A stretch of DNA of 64,000 nt from Phoronis australis (Eukaryota > Animalia > Phoronida). Below the pieces are notes generated by a model. That model worked only from the letters and a program-made list of their open reading frames with translations, was not told the origin of the DNA and searched no databases. Within the stretch, counting starts at the first letter, position 1; each line of letters opens with the position of its first letter. The stretch lies in contig NMRA01000039.1 of NCBI GenBank assembly GCA_002633005.1, positions 1,096,335 through 1,160,334 on the forward strand. The letters are read 5' to 3'. Both the position numbers and the translations under genes were made by a program. Below, piece after piece: positions 53,671-64,000 of the stretch.

Positions 53671-54760
53671 GATAGGTCAACCTATCGCCAGGATTTTGAC
53701 TAATAACTTATTTGACCAATCAGAATACAACATTCTTGACACACCTTTGTCTGCGTTTCTAAGCCGCCAATTTACCCGACAAACAACAGGTTGTCGGTGA
53801 GTTTTTACAAGGAGACAGAGCTTGCAATTGGTCGATTGGAAATGTGACCAGTACTTGAAGCGCTGGCGTGGCAGTAGAGCCGGAGGCTGAGAGATGCGGA
53901 AATGAGTTTTAGTCAACATTTGCTTTACTGAGAATGATATTATGCAAATGAAATGACCAGGATTTTTAGAGCTGGATTTCTACGTACCCCAATCGGCCCC
54001 TTGTAATTCCATCGACCCCTCAGGCTTGTTATTCGACCCTCGACCCTCTTGCTAAGCACCGGTGTAGAACCTGTTTCTTGAAACATCTGTCTGGTGAAAA
54101 AATCAAAAATTTGACTGTTTGCCTGCATCAAAAGCATAGAATTTTTAACAAATGTAGCCTCTTGATTTCATGATAACATTGTTTCTTCTCAGTACACAAT
54201 TTTTATCAAACCCNGATAGGTCAACCTATCGCCAGGATTTTGACTGATAACTTATTTGACCAATCAGAATACAACATTCTTGACACACCTTTGTCTGCGT
54301 TTCTAAGCCGCCAATTTACCCGACAAACAACAGGTTGTCGGTGAGTTTTTACAAGGAGACATAGCTTGCAATTGGTCGATTGGAAATGTGACCAGTACTT
54401 GAAGCGCTGGCGTGGCAGTAGAGCCGGAGGCTGAGAGATGCGGAAATGAGTTTTAGTCAACATTTGCTTTACTGAGAATGATATTATGCAAATGAAATGA
54501 CCAACAGGATTTTTAGAGCTGGATTTCTACGTACCCCAATCGGCCCCTTGTAATTCCATCGACCCCTCAGGCTTGTTATTCGACCCTCGACCCTCTTGCT
54601 AAGCACCGGTGTAGAACCTGTTTCTTGAAACATCTGTCTGGTGAAAAAATCAAAAATTTGACTGTTTGCCTGCATCAAAAGCATAGAATTTTTAACAAAT
54701 GTAGCCTCTTGATTTCATGATAACATTGTTTCTTCTCAGTACACAATTTTTATCAAACCC
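53671..54760. repeat. About 545-bp direct duplication across a single N (probable assembly artefact)
   Basis: 53671-54213 and 54215-54760 differ by two SNPs and a 3-bp indel, with n at 54214. Confidence 0.9.
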
Positions 54761-54905
54761 AAATACCATAACACTTTTTTCATCTCTGAATATATTTTCT
54801 AACATCTACTATACTTACATTGATATAATGTTTTGGTCAGTCATTTCTCCGGCTATGTTCAGGTTGCACTTTTTTGGACGTTCTAATCATTTGCTGCCTT
54901 GAGTA

Positions 54906-55341
54906 CCAGTGACCAGTTGCATGAAACAGTCCCAAATAGGGACTTAAAGTAAGGTCCCTACTTCTTTTTGTGTATTTGTGTCTTTATGTACTCACAGATG
55001 CAATATTTTTCTTATCATTTCATCTTTATTACGAGCTCTTTGATTAGTGACATTTACTAATATAACTAAAAACTGAGCCCAGAGTTCATTGAAAATAAAT
55101 GGGGACTCACTCCTTAAATTGAAGGTGTTGCATGAAAACATCCCTAATTATTATCGATGATATCGACAATTCAATGTAGAGTTCACTCGATTTGTATCAA
55201 AGTCAAAAATTGGCTTATAAATAAAACTAAAACAATACAAGACAGGCCAATCGATGTTTTCACAAGTCCAAACATTCGCAGTTGATTCAGGGAACTTAGT
55301 TGAGTCTATATTTGGGACTGTTTCATGCAGTTGGGCACTGG
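54906..55341. mobile_element. TA-flanked MITE
   Basis: TA|ccagtgaccagttgcatgaaacagtcccaaata ... tatttgggactgtttcatgcagttgggcactgg|TA. Confidence 0.88.
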
Positions 55342-55369
55342 TACCTATGCACAGTCTTCTGAGAATGTT

Positions 55370-55608
55370 AAAACCTTAGAAATGACCAACAGAAACATCA
55401 ATCCAATGTAAAAAATGGCCGCCACATCCACCATTTTGAATCCGACCATGACCAAAAACAATAGGCTTCCAGGACTTCCAGATCTACACGTCGTGTGCGA
55501 ATTTCGTGTGAATCGGACGAAAATTGCGACCTATAGAGTACAAACAAAAAAAACTTGACGTCAGAGCAACATACTTGTAGGAATTCGAAGAATTCCGCCA
55601 AGTAATAA
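55370..55608 (+). mobile_element. 3' fragment of a second Helentron/DINE-like family
   Basis: Ends in hairpin tacttgtaggaattc-gaa-gaattccgccaagta followed by ataa. Confidence 0.5.
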
Positions 55609-58600
55609 TCTAGAGGTTGCTGTAAATGGACAAATAGGTCTTAGGAAAGTCATGTAGAGACCCTCATGTTTTCCGTTTCCAAGGGAAATCGTTTTAGCAA
55701 ACATAATCCGTTTTTTTGTTATTTTAATTGATCAGTTCAAAGTGATCAGTAGCATAAAAATGATCTGGGATTACCTTTCTTTTCAGCTGAGTTATGCTGC
55801 AGCTATGTTTCACCAATAACTTTGTGCAAGCCCTGTTTATTATTTCTCAAAACCGGAATAAGAACAGCGCCACCTTCAGAAAGAATGAACTCCTTGAACA
55901 CATCTGCTGTAAAACGATCAGCGATGTATTTGTGGCCAGAATGTATCGAATTTGATAGATTATAGTCTTTAATTTCTCATAATTAAAAAAACAGGAATAG
56001 AACTGTGGTATTGCTACTGAAAGACGTCAGATTCCGTGAACTCCGTCCGTTTTTCATCATTGCGGAAAATCGGGGTCTCTAGAATGTTACTGCTTCACCA
56101 CCTCGGACTGGTTTAAGGAAGTCATTCTCATTATTTTGGGTTCTCTTTATTGAAGTCTTTGCACTGATGCGTTTGGTGAACGTTGGGTACACTTTATATA
56201 TGCACTGAAATGTTAAGAAAACATGGTATTCCTGGAACTAGATCTGCTCCCTAATTCGAATCGGTTTAAAAAAGTGAACCAAAACAGATTGCATAGCATT
56301 ACTAATTGAGGGGCAGGTTAAGGAGGCCCAACATTTGTCTAAGCTTTAAGTTTGGTTTTTGGCATAACGTCGACATTATTTTGCAACAACTGCTACGTGA
56401 TGGTATGATGCCATTATCATTATCTTGAGTATAACTACTATGAAGCGGGCCCCGTCCGATTATGACTGTTGGCATTTTGAGTCATATTTCCATTAGATTG
56501 ATGCGAGCCTTTCCTGTTGATTCAATTATGTTCTCGGGCGTTGGTTTGGGAATTGGTGTTACATGAAAATGAGCTTTGCCTGTAACTGTTTTGGATGGCT
56601 GTCATGGTTATGAGTCATTGTTCAGCCACTAGCGGAGACATTGTTGTTATCATAAAATGACCAAAGGGGGATACACGCCGCCGGTGATGTCACGCCCAAT
56701 TCTGTCATACCTGCCCACGCTACCCTTCAGTTAATTGTGATTATGGTTGGATATTGCGTTATCACTAAATGTTTGAGTTCAGCTTTGATGCCCTCGGTAA
56801 GCTCAGTTGGCAACAGGAAATTCGCTGGGTTGTCCTAGATTTCGAAAGAAGCTGTTTTCGTCTGCAGTAACGTTGAAGGAATATGGGAATCTGATGCGCA
56901 ACTTCCAAAATGCATGAACTTATCAAAAGTAGAATGATTGTTTAACAAGTGAACTTCAAACTTATCAGTGGTATGCTGTGAATTTGAAAGCTTGGATATA
57001 TTAATTATACGGGCGGAGGTCGGTTATGTCATGCTTTTTGTCAGCTCTTGGTTTTTTGAAGTTAACAATGGGAAGCCATGTTTAAACTCTGTCTATTTGG
57101 GGTCACATTCTGCAAAAACTGGCTCTCTGATGGTGCTCTTCTCCAATGTCTAGAAAAGGAGTCCTTGGAGGTCAAACGTAACTTGATCTGGTTAACTGTG
57201 TAAACATCTTAATTCCCTAACCTCCAAACCCATTAGGCCTGTGGGCAGTCTCAGGTACCTGTCAAAACTGGACAATTTCTAATGCAGTTTTTGTGTATCT
57301 TATGAATCCAATGTATCCAATACATTATCTCCACCATTGTGATAGACTCTATGGTTTCAAATTGGCCGGCATCGGCGCCATTTGAAGCTCTGACCTTGTT
57401 GGCGTTGCGTTTTTTCTAACGGGGACAGTAACCATTGGAATAGGATACAGGCTAAACTGTTGGATGTCTTTGCCTCAAAAGATCATGGGGTATTAATTTA
57501 GTTGTACTGTGGTAGACACAGTTTTTAAAGTGCATGAAACAGATATTATCATCTACAGTTCTAGTAAAGAGCTGTTGGCGCCTAGTTATACGGTTACAGC
57601 ATCAGTTAAGAACACGGGAATCTGTTTTCTTGATTTTTCAATAACATGAAATTCATCTTCACACAAATTCAAAATTATGTTCTGTTTTTTTTTCTAGAAT
57701 ACTGTAAATTCTGTTGTGCCGAGCCAAAGTAAAAGAATTGGGCATTTTCATTGAAGCCTCGATTGTATCAATTGTGTATATATGTTAAGCCGAGCGTGAG
57801 CGTTCAAAATTAAAAATTTGGACATTTCGGAGGCGAGTGTAAAGCTAAATGTGAACATTAAGACAGTGAAGTATGGCATTGTGTCATTTTCCCATGCCCA
57901 AGGGAAGCTTGTCTCTGTTTGTTAACGATCATGTTGACTTGTCTCCATTGACTGAGCTTAGTACCATATGACAGTCAGGTAGGAAGTGTAGCCACTATAA
58001 ACAACTAGTTCCAATTAGTGCCAGGTCGTGGGCACATGTCCTGGACCGGTTATTATCATCTCACATTTTACAAAGATTACCAATGTATTGACTCGGGGTA
58101 AAAGGACACGGATTATTTTAGAGCAACAGACCGTGTGAAATCGGTGCATATAGACATCAACCTGGCTGTTGCATGGTACAATCTGCCTGTTGATTTACCC
58201 TACACTTTAGCCTTAGCTGGTTTCTGGTTATTGATTTGTGTTCGATTCCTTATGTGCCCATTATCACGGTGCATACACCTGCAAAACTGATCAGTACATG
58301 GGTTACACAACGAGCATCCCAGAGTTCACTAGATGACTCTAGCGACCTCTTGGCCCCACCTGTATAATACACGCATTTCGGGTATTCGAGTGGAACCCTT
58401 GAGAAAGCCCTCGTGCAGATGACAAAACATTTTGTTTTCACTCTGTTCAGTGCAGTACAAAAAGGGCCCTTTATTCATCTAACAACTTTTGAATATTGAT
58501 GTTACTATTTCTGGAGCACATGCTGCAAATTACATTGATTGAACTGCTTCCATGTTGTGTTCCCAGTCTTGATCTCGGTCTCTGCAGTGAGTGTCTGTTA

Positions 58601-59309
58601 GCCAAGTGCTATTTGAAGCAGTCTATCGCTACTGTAGATTCATTACTGGTAATCTAAGTATCTTCCGAGAGGAAAAAGATTTTCATATAAACCATGGTGT
58701 GTGGGAATGTGGGATCACACCATAAACAAGTTTTTGTTCGGTGAAAATTTATGTGTGGTTTCACAAAATTTAGAGTAAGTTTCGGTTTAAATAACAAATT
58801 GATAAAACTCTGCAAGCTTGTGTCCCCTTTCCTCACAATGTTTGTAAGGGTGTTTCTGCAGTGTGTCTGACTGAATTCCTGACTGGTTAAGGGTCTGATA
58901 AATAAGTCATAAGTCCCGTTTAGTCATCCACTTTTGGCCCGGTGCAACTGACACGGAGCAAATTGATCGGTGTCAAGCGACTGTTCACACACAACTCACT
59001 AACTGTGGCAAGACGGAAATTGTAGGCTGGAGACTGGAACGCTCATGTCATTGCACAAGCGCAATAGAGATGATCCTTTCCGCCTTGCCCCGCGTTTAGA
59101 CATATAATTGAAAGGGAGCAAGAGGACCGAGCACAAATTGCTCTACCTCACAAACTGGTGGCAAAAGATGACACCGCAATGTCAATTTTGCTCCATGTCA
59201 GTCCAGTTTACACACATACTTGCTCTGGAGCATCTCGTTCCGTGTCAACTAATCCGTGTCAACTTTTGCTTGGTAAGAAATTAGTGCTCATTTACATAAG
59301 GACATAACA

Positions 59310-60528
59310 ATTGTAAACCAAGTAGTGGGGAATAACAAAAACATATTGATTAATAGGAGGACTGTATTCTGGTATTATTTTTGTGAAGGATCTGTTTAAT
59401 TTTGAAAACAAATTTCTGACATGGGAGGTTTTGAAAATAGATATAAACTTTCAAATTGGATTCATTATGCTGCTTTGAGATGTGTGATTAAGTTGAAAGC
59501 TGATCCTTCGATTTCAAAATGCATACATCCCCAGTCAAGCGAAATTACTAATGTGTTTTCTAGAAATAATTTGCTTTCCAAAATTGTTTCACCTCCTTAT
59601 ATAAGGGCCTTTCATACTAACGTCGACGCGTCGATGGTTTGGGGAGTTGCGGTCCTGGATCGCAGTTAACAGCTCCAGTTAACATCGCAATTAACAGGTG
59701 GTTTTAAGACCGCAGCGTCGACACTGTGCAGTATGAACTCTTACCTTCGGTCTAATCGAAGTTATCGCCAGGTGCCACTGTTATCGTCAACAGTTACAGA
59801 GTAGTGCCGTCACTAATAACTACTTATTTTTTTCTCAAATGATAACCATTCGATTTAAAAATGAGTTTAATGTCATTTAGCACATTTAAATGTTTCCATA
59901 TTGTCACATTGAAAAAAATCTTAGCGTGCAGCGCTACCTTGCAATAACATCGGTGACGTCAGCGTCACCAACCCTTCACTTCGATGGTCATTAACTACCG
60001 AAGCCAGTATGAACGGTCCAGTTAACTGCGCTGTTTACGTCGACGCTCCGCTCAGACCGGAGTTAAGTCGATATAAAAAGGCCTATAGAGTACAGCTTAA
60101 CTGATATTTACTTTAGACAACGAATTAAACAAATTTATGTTCTTCAACACAAACTCTTGTTACTGCCTTATGTTAAAACCTTTAAACATTTCTATATTCA
60201 TAGAAAAGTGTTTACAAAACTTAATTTAAAAAAGATGAACTTAGTAAGTGATGACAAGTGTGCATCTTGTGAAACTTTTAACCATATGTTTGTGGAATGT
60301 GGTTCTGTTGAAATTCAGAAACTTTTAATTTACGTAACTGCACAACACAATTTATTAATCTTAGATAAAAATGTGATTTTGACAGCATATTTTGGATGTA
60401 ATTTTGAAGATATCTGTACCATATTAACTATTTGCCAGTATTTCACCCATAAATGTTCTAGAGACCAAATTATTCCTAGGTATTCACAACTTCAGTGTTT
60501 CTTGTATAATTATTTCAAAGTACGGTAA
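59310..60528 (+). mobile_element. 5'-truncated L1/Tx1-clade LINE remnant (ORF2 C-terminal zinc-binding region)
   Basis: NNKNILINRRTVF...IHRKVFTKLNLKKMNLVSDDKCASCETFNHMFVEC matches the CxxC...ETxxHxFxxC zf-RVT pattern. The frame is restored when the nested MITE is removed. Confidence 0.8.
59604..60084. mobile_element. PIF/Harbinger-like MITE with a 3-bp TSD (ATA) inserted in the LINE
   Basis: ata|agggcctttcat ... ataaaaaggcct|ata. Excision rejoins KIVSPPYI-EYSLTDIYF in frame. Confidence 0.75.
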
Positions 60529-60615
60529 GTAATATACAAACCTGTAAAACTGCCTTTTTTGGAAACCCTCAATACTTATTTAGATTAGATCAACCACGAA
60601 GTTCTATTATTTAGA

Positions 60616-60647
<32 letters not shown>

Positions 60648-60674
60648 CCTGTGTGTGTGTGTGTGTGCCTGTGT
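60616..60674. repeat. (TG)n microsatellite
   Basis: Read directly. Confidence 0.95.
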
Positions 60675-61117
60675 TTCATTTGCATATACCTCATTGTTGT
60701 ATATGTTAGTGTATTTAGAAATAAAATGTTTATATAGAAAAAGTGTCAACTTTTGTAGTCTAAATGGCAATATACTCTGTGCTATGTTATTATGTGCCTG
60801 CACTCAAAGCTTTGGTATCAGTCCCTGCCTAAGAAAACTGTAAATGCATGTTTGTCAGTTATAAACCGTAGGCTTTGACGAATGCTCAGAAGCACCATTT
60901 TGGATAAGGATGACTTCTAAAATGTTCTCTTCAGATATAACGTGCCCTTATATTGAGAACCAGTGTGATGCCCATTATTCAGTGGAGAAAACTGGTTCTT
61001 AAAATGTGGGCACATTATATCCGACCATTACCTTTCTCTGCTGTGTTACCGGTAAAGGGGATGCTGGCATTAATTCAAAATCCGTGCAAACACAAACCAG
61101 GGCGAGCGGGAAAATGA

Positions 61118-61276
61118 ATGCCCGACGCAACAGCAGGGGATGAAACGCCCATACCATGCCCAGCCACTATTTCTACCAAAGGCACGATCCTCGGGCAGAC
61201 ACTTGCACCAGCCAGCAGGCGAACTCATCCTCTGCTGCAATCTGCAGCCTGCTGTGCTTGCCTTGTTGGTGATACA
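61118..61276 (+). CDS. Candidate proximal first exon of Cav beta gene: MPDATAGDETPIPCPATISTKGTILGQTLAPASRRTHPLLQSAACCACLVGDT
   Basis: GC-richer segment with an ATG, 53 open codons and a phase-0 donor ACA|gtaagc 151 bp upstream of the CACNB exon acceptor. Confidence 0.45.
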
Positions 61277-61427
61277 GTAAGCAGGCTCGAGGAACAGTAT
61301 GTTAGTGACCTCAGTATTTGTCACCTGGCACAACCTTTGACCTGTTTTGACTTGACCCACTTGTCAAGTGGTATCAGAAACTGGATTGTGATTGCTTCTG
61401 AACTCTTTATTTTTCTTTTGTTTCCAG

Positions 61428-61514
61428 TCATCCAAGGAGGCCAAGCGACAGAACAGGTACAAGCGTTCTGATGGGAGCTTCTCTGACAGCTCCAACAGCT
61501 ATATCAACAGACAG
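61428..61514 (+). CDS. CACNB: Voltage-gated calcium channel beta subunit, N-terminal exon: SSKEAKRQNRYKRSDGSFSDSSNSYINRQ
   Basis: Strong polypyrimidine acceptor tttttcttttgtttccag|, donor CAG|gtaggt, phase 0/0. The peptide matches the vertebrate CACNB1/2/4 exon-2 pattern (R)FKRSDGS..SD..SNSF.RQ that precedes GSADS. Confidence 0.85.
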
Positions 61515-61723
61515 GTAGGTGGCGTGCTCTGTTGGCCATAATCTTAACGTCAGTGTCGACAACAGTGACAACACTGATGAAAGTGTGGTTGTTGCTGTGA
61601 AAGTTGCACTAAACTGATAATCCACATTTCATATGCATGTCGTTTGTTCTTTATTCCTAAAGCGCTTGCAAAGGGTGTGTGTGTGTCTGTCCGTGTCTGT
61701 GTCTGTCTCTGTGTGCATTGTTG

Positions 61724-61866
61724 TGGGCGGATCCAGGGTTTAAGAAGATGGCCTTCACCATCTATTGATTTTAGTATTGTTTGCTGTTATTTTTTAATGA
61801 CATACGCTTCTCTTGCTGGTAGGGCATTCGACATTTCATCTACTCCCTTACCTGGATCAGCCCCTG
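61724..61866. mobile_element. Short hAT-like MITE relic
   Basis: Inverted termini gggcggatccagg / cctggatcagcccctg. Confidence 0.5.
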
Positions 61867-64000
61867 CCTGTAACTGCTCTTGAGTTTTCTATGGTGGCAA
61901 GGTCTTGCATTCTTGGACACACCCACCTGTGTTGTGATCAGTTTGGATTGTGCCTAGAGAATGTATCGTGATGTTTACAGACAAGTTATTAATTAATTGC
62001 CTGGTGTGACTGGTGCTACCCAGCAGCCTAGTTACTAAACTCATTAAACCAGAACTTTCCGAGAAAATTGCATTGTTTTGTGAACAGGGATGCAGCGTGT
62101 TGGGGCGGATTCACAATGTGTGTTGCTGATTCTTGCATGTATGGCCTACTGATAAATGGTCAAGGGACAGCGCTAAAACCCCCCATCTCTCACAGTCCAT
62201 TGTAGCTCTATAGTCTTGATTTCCACGATGAAATGCGTTTGCAATGCACCGGGATTTGTTTTCTTTGAGGGTGTTCACGCGATGAATTGGTAATCGCTCG
62301 GCGAAATGGCAAAACATTGATCCATGTGCTGTTTAGTGTTTCCTGCAACTTGTAAACTAAGTTTTCAGTTTCAAAACTCATCTTGTTCTGTTCCTGTGGT
62401 CACTCGACTTGGTTGTTTGAGGATATTTTTAGACGTTGGTGTATCCACTGATAATTGGATAGTCCATCCATGCTGTCTCTTCACTTTTCGCTTCTCTTAG
62501 GGCAATGTTTTAAATGTCAGCATGCCCCTCGCTGTTTGTTTTCACTTATTAATAAATTACCTCTTCACATGTGTGTACCACATGGGACATGCCCAGAGTC
62601 TGCCTGCTAACGTGTGCGTTTGAATGGGAATCTCCCCAGAAAACTTTCTCACAAAAGATATTGCGACTTGTCAGTTAAGACCCGGTGATTGGCACACTCA
62701 CAGTCAGTCATGTATCTGCCCGTTATTGTTCATGTACAAGGATTTACAGAATACCTGGTGGGTAACCTTTGCTTTTGGCATTTCCTCTTGCTTGGAAACT
62801 TGCACCTCGGGCCATCTTAACTGGAGCCTCATTTACTGAATGCGAATTTAAAAATTTTTGTTTGCTCACCTCGCTAAACACCACTTCAAGGTCCGTGATT
62901 TTCTGCTGCTTACTGATTTTATTTTGCAAAAAACTTGTTGATAATTTTAAACGTTTAAGCGCTAAAATATAACTTATGGTTTTCTAGTAAATTGAGGTGG
63001 CAAAGGGCAGTGTATGATCAAATACAGAAATTAAAGATTTGGTCAATCAAGTCAGAATCGGGAAGACTCTCTGCCTTGCCTTCTGATTGGCTCCTAAACA
63101 CTAACATCAAAATGAAGTCCCGTCCAGTAAAAATCCCAGAAATGATGCTGAAATGTTTCTGACCATGATTGGATTTAGTTTTCATTGCTACAAAGACTAT
63201 GCACAGCTTCAGCGAGTCTAATAACAAACTCATCACTAAGTTGCAAGCAGGCGAGCGCTTCCCGAAACATGACCGCTTCATTTCAAGCGCAACTGATCTC
63301 TGACATTCCAACTGAATGTTGAAACAGATTACAGTGTGATGGCGAGGAAGTGTTTCAGGCTAATTAGCATATTTCTTGATTTTGCTTTTTTGTTCTAAAG
63401 GGAATGGAATAACAGCTTTATTGGCTCTCGGGTAACCTCTGTAGCCTCCCGAAAATTTCTCATAAAACTAACTTGACATTTTGACAGTTTCCAGAGGTTT
63501 ACCACATTTCTGCAGCGCAATGGGTGGCAACTGTTGATTGGAACTGCTTTAAATTTTGTTGACAAATTTGACAAGATCAAGTACCACCTCTCTGTCAAAC
63601 TAAATTGAAGAAACTTCTGTATGTGAATTGAAAAGTTTCGAAGGTGTGAGTGTCGGGTGAATTAGATACTCCGGTAATGACCTTTCCCTCAATGGGGGAT
63701 GTGTTGTCTGGCATTTGCAAGAAAAAACAACGGAATGTGCCCAGCTCTCATGAAAGGTCGTTCATTCATTGATAAAAGTTAATTGAGACGGCTTGTGTGC
63801 TTGTGTTAAGTCCGCTCATGTTGGTGAGTAGGCAAGACAGTGCTGATTAATAGTTTGCATTAAAGATCTGAGTCGTTGTGAGAACAGTTCTTTATGAGGC
63901 ATGAGGCGAGGCGAGAAAGCTTTTCTTAGAACATGATTTTATTTTAATAGGTCTCCTTGACATTGGGGGGTACTTCTTGTACACAGGTGGAAGGTAATTA

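Noticed and set aside
12158-55341. Four repeat families each with opposite-orientation copies, suggesting one giant inverted duplication
   Set aside because: Partner order is not nested, flanks and TSDs differ, and a fifth family is in direct orientation. These are independent insertions.
56430-57420. Coding-looking minus-strand stretch, possible viral or TE relic
   Set aside because: Stops occur at roughly random frequency in the frames I read, and I recognised no motif. A tBLASTx search would be needed.
61460-61514. KR-SDGSFSD resemblance to glucagon-family peptides (HADGSFSD)
   Set aside because: It lacks the N-terminal His and precursor context. The whole exon and its phase fit CACNB much better.

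Overview
AT-rich eukaryotic draft scaffold, most likely from a marine invertebrate (inferred), with one long N gap and three single-N joins. It is mostly intronic or intergenic and rich in repeats. Two divergent spliced genes can be reconstructed by eye. (1) A minus-strand gene with five phase-compatible coding exons (20800-20643, 18584-18513, 5113-5005, 3244-3194, 163-<1) encodes an unrecognised protein starting MHDGRMIRPGHTEAW; it has an RVxF motif and an upstream RFX X-box. (2) A plus-strand exon (61428-61514) matches the N-terminal second exon of voltage-gated calcium channel beta subunits (CACNB), with several candidate alternative first exons upstream. The rest includes an internally deleted Kolobok element with convergent THAP and accessory-gene first exons and a nested Helentron-type element. 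It also holds MITEs with TA, 3-, 5- and 6-bp target duplications, a Tx1/L1 LINE remnant, minisatellites, long near-perfect palindromes and two haplotype-overlap assembly duplications. There are no prokaryotic features or CRISPR arrays, and almost all ORFs in the supplied track are spurious.
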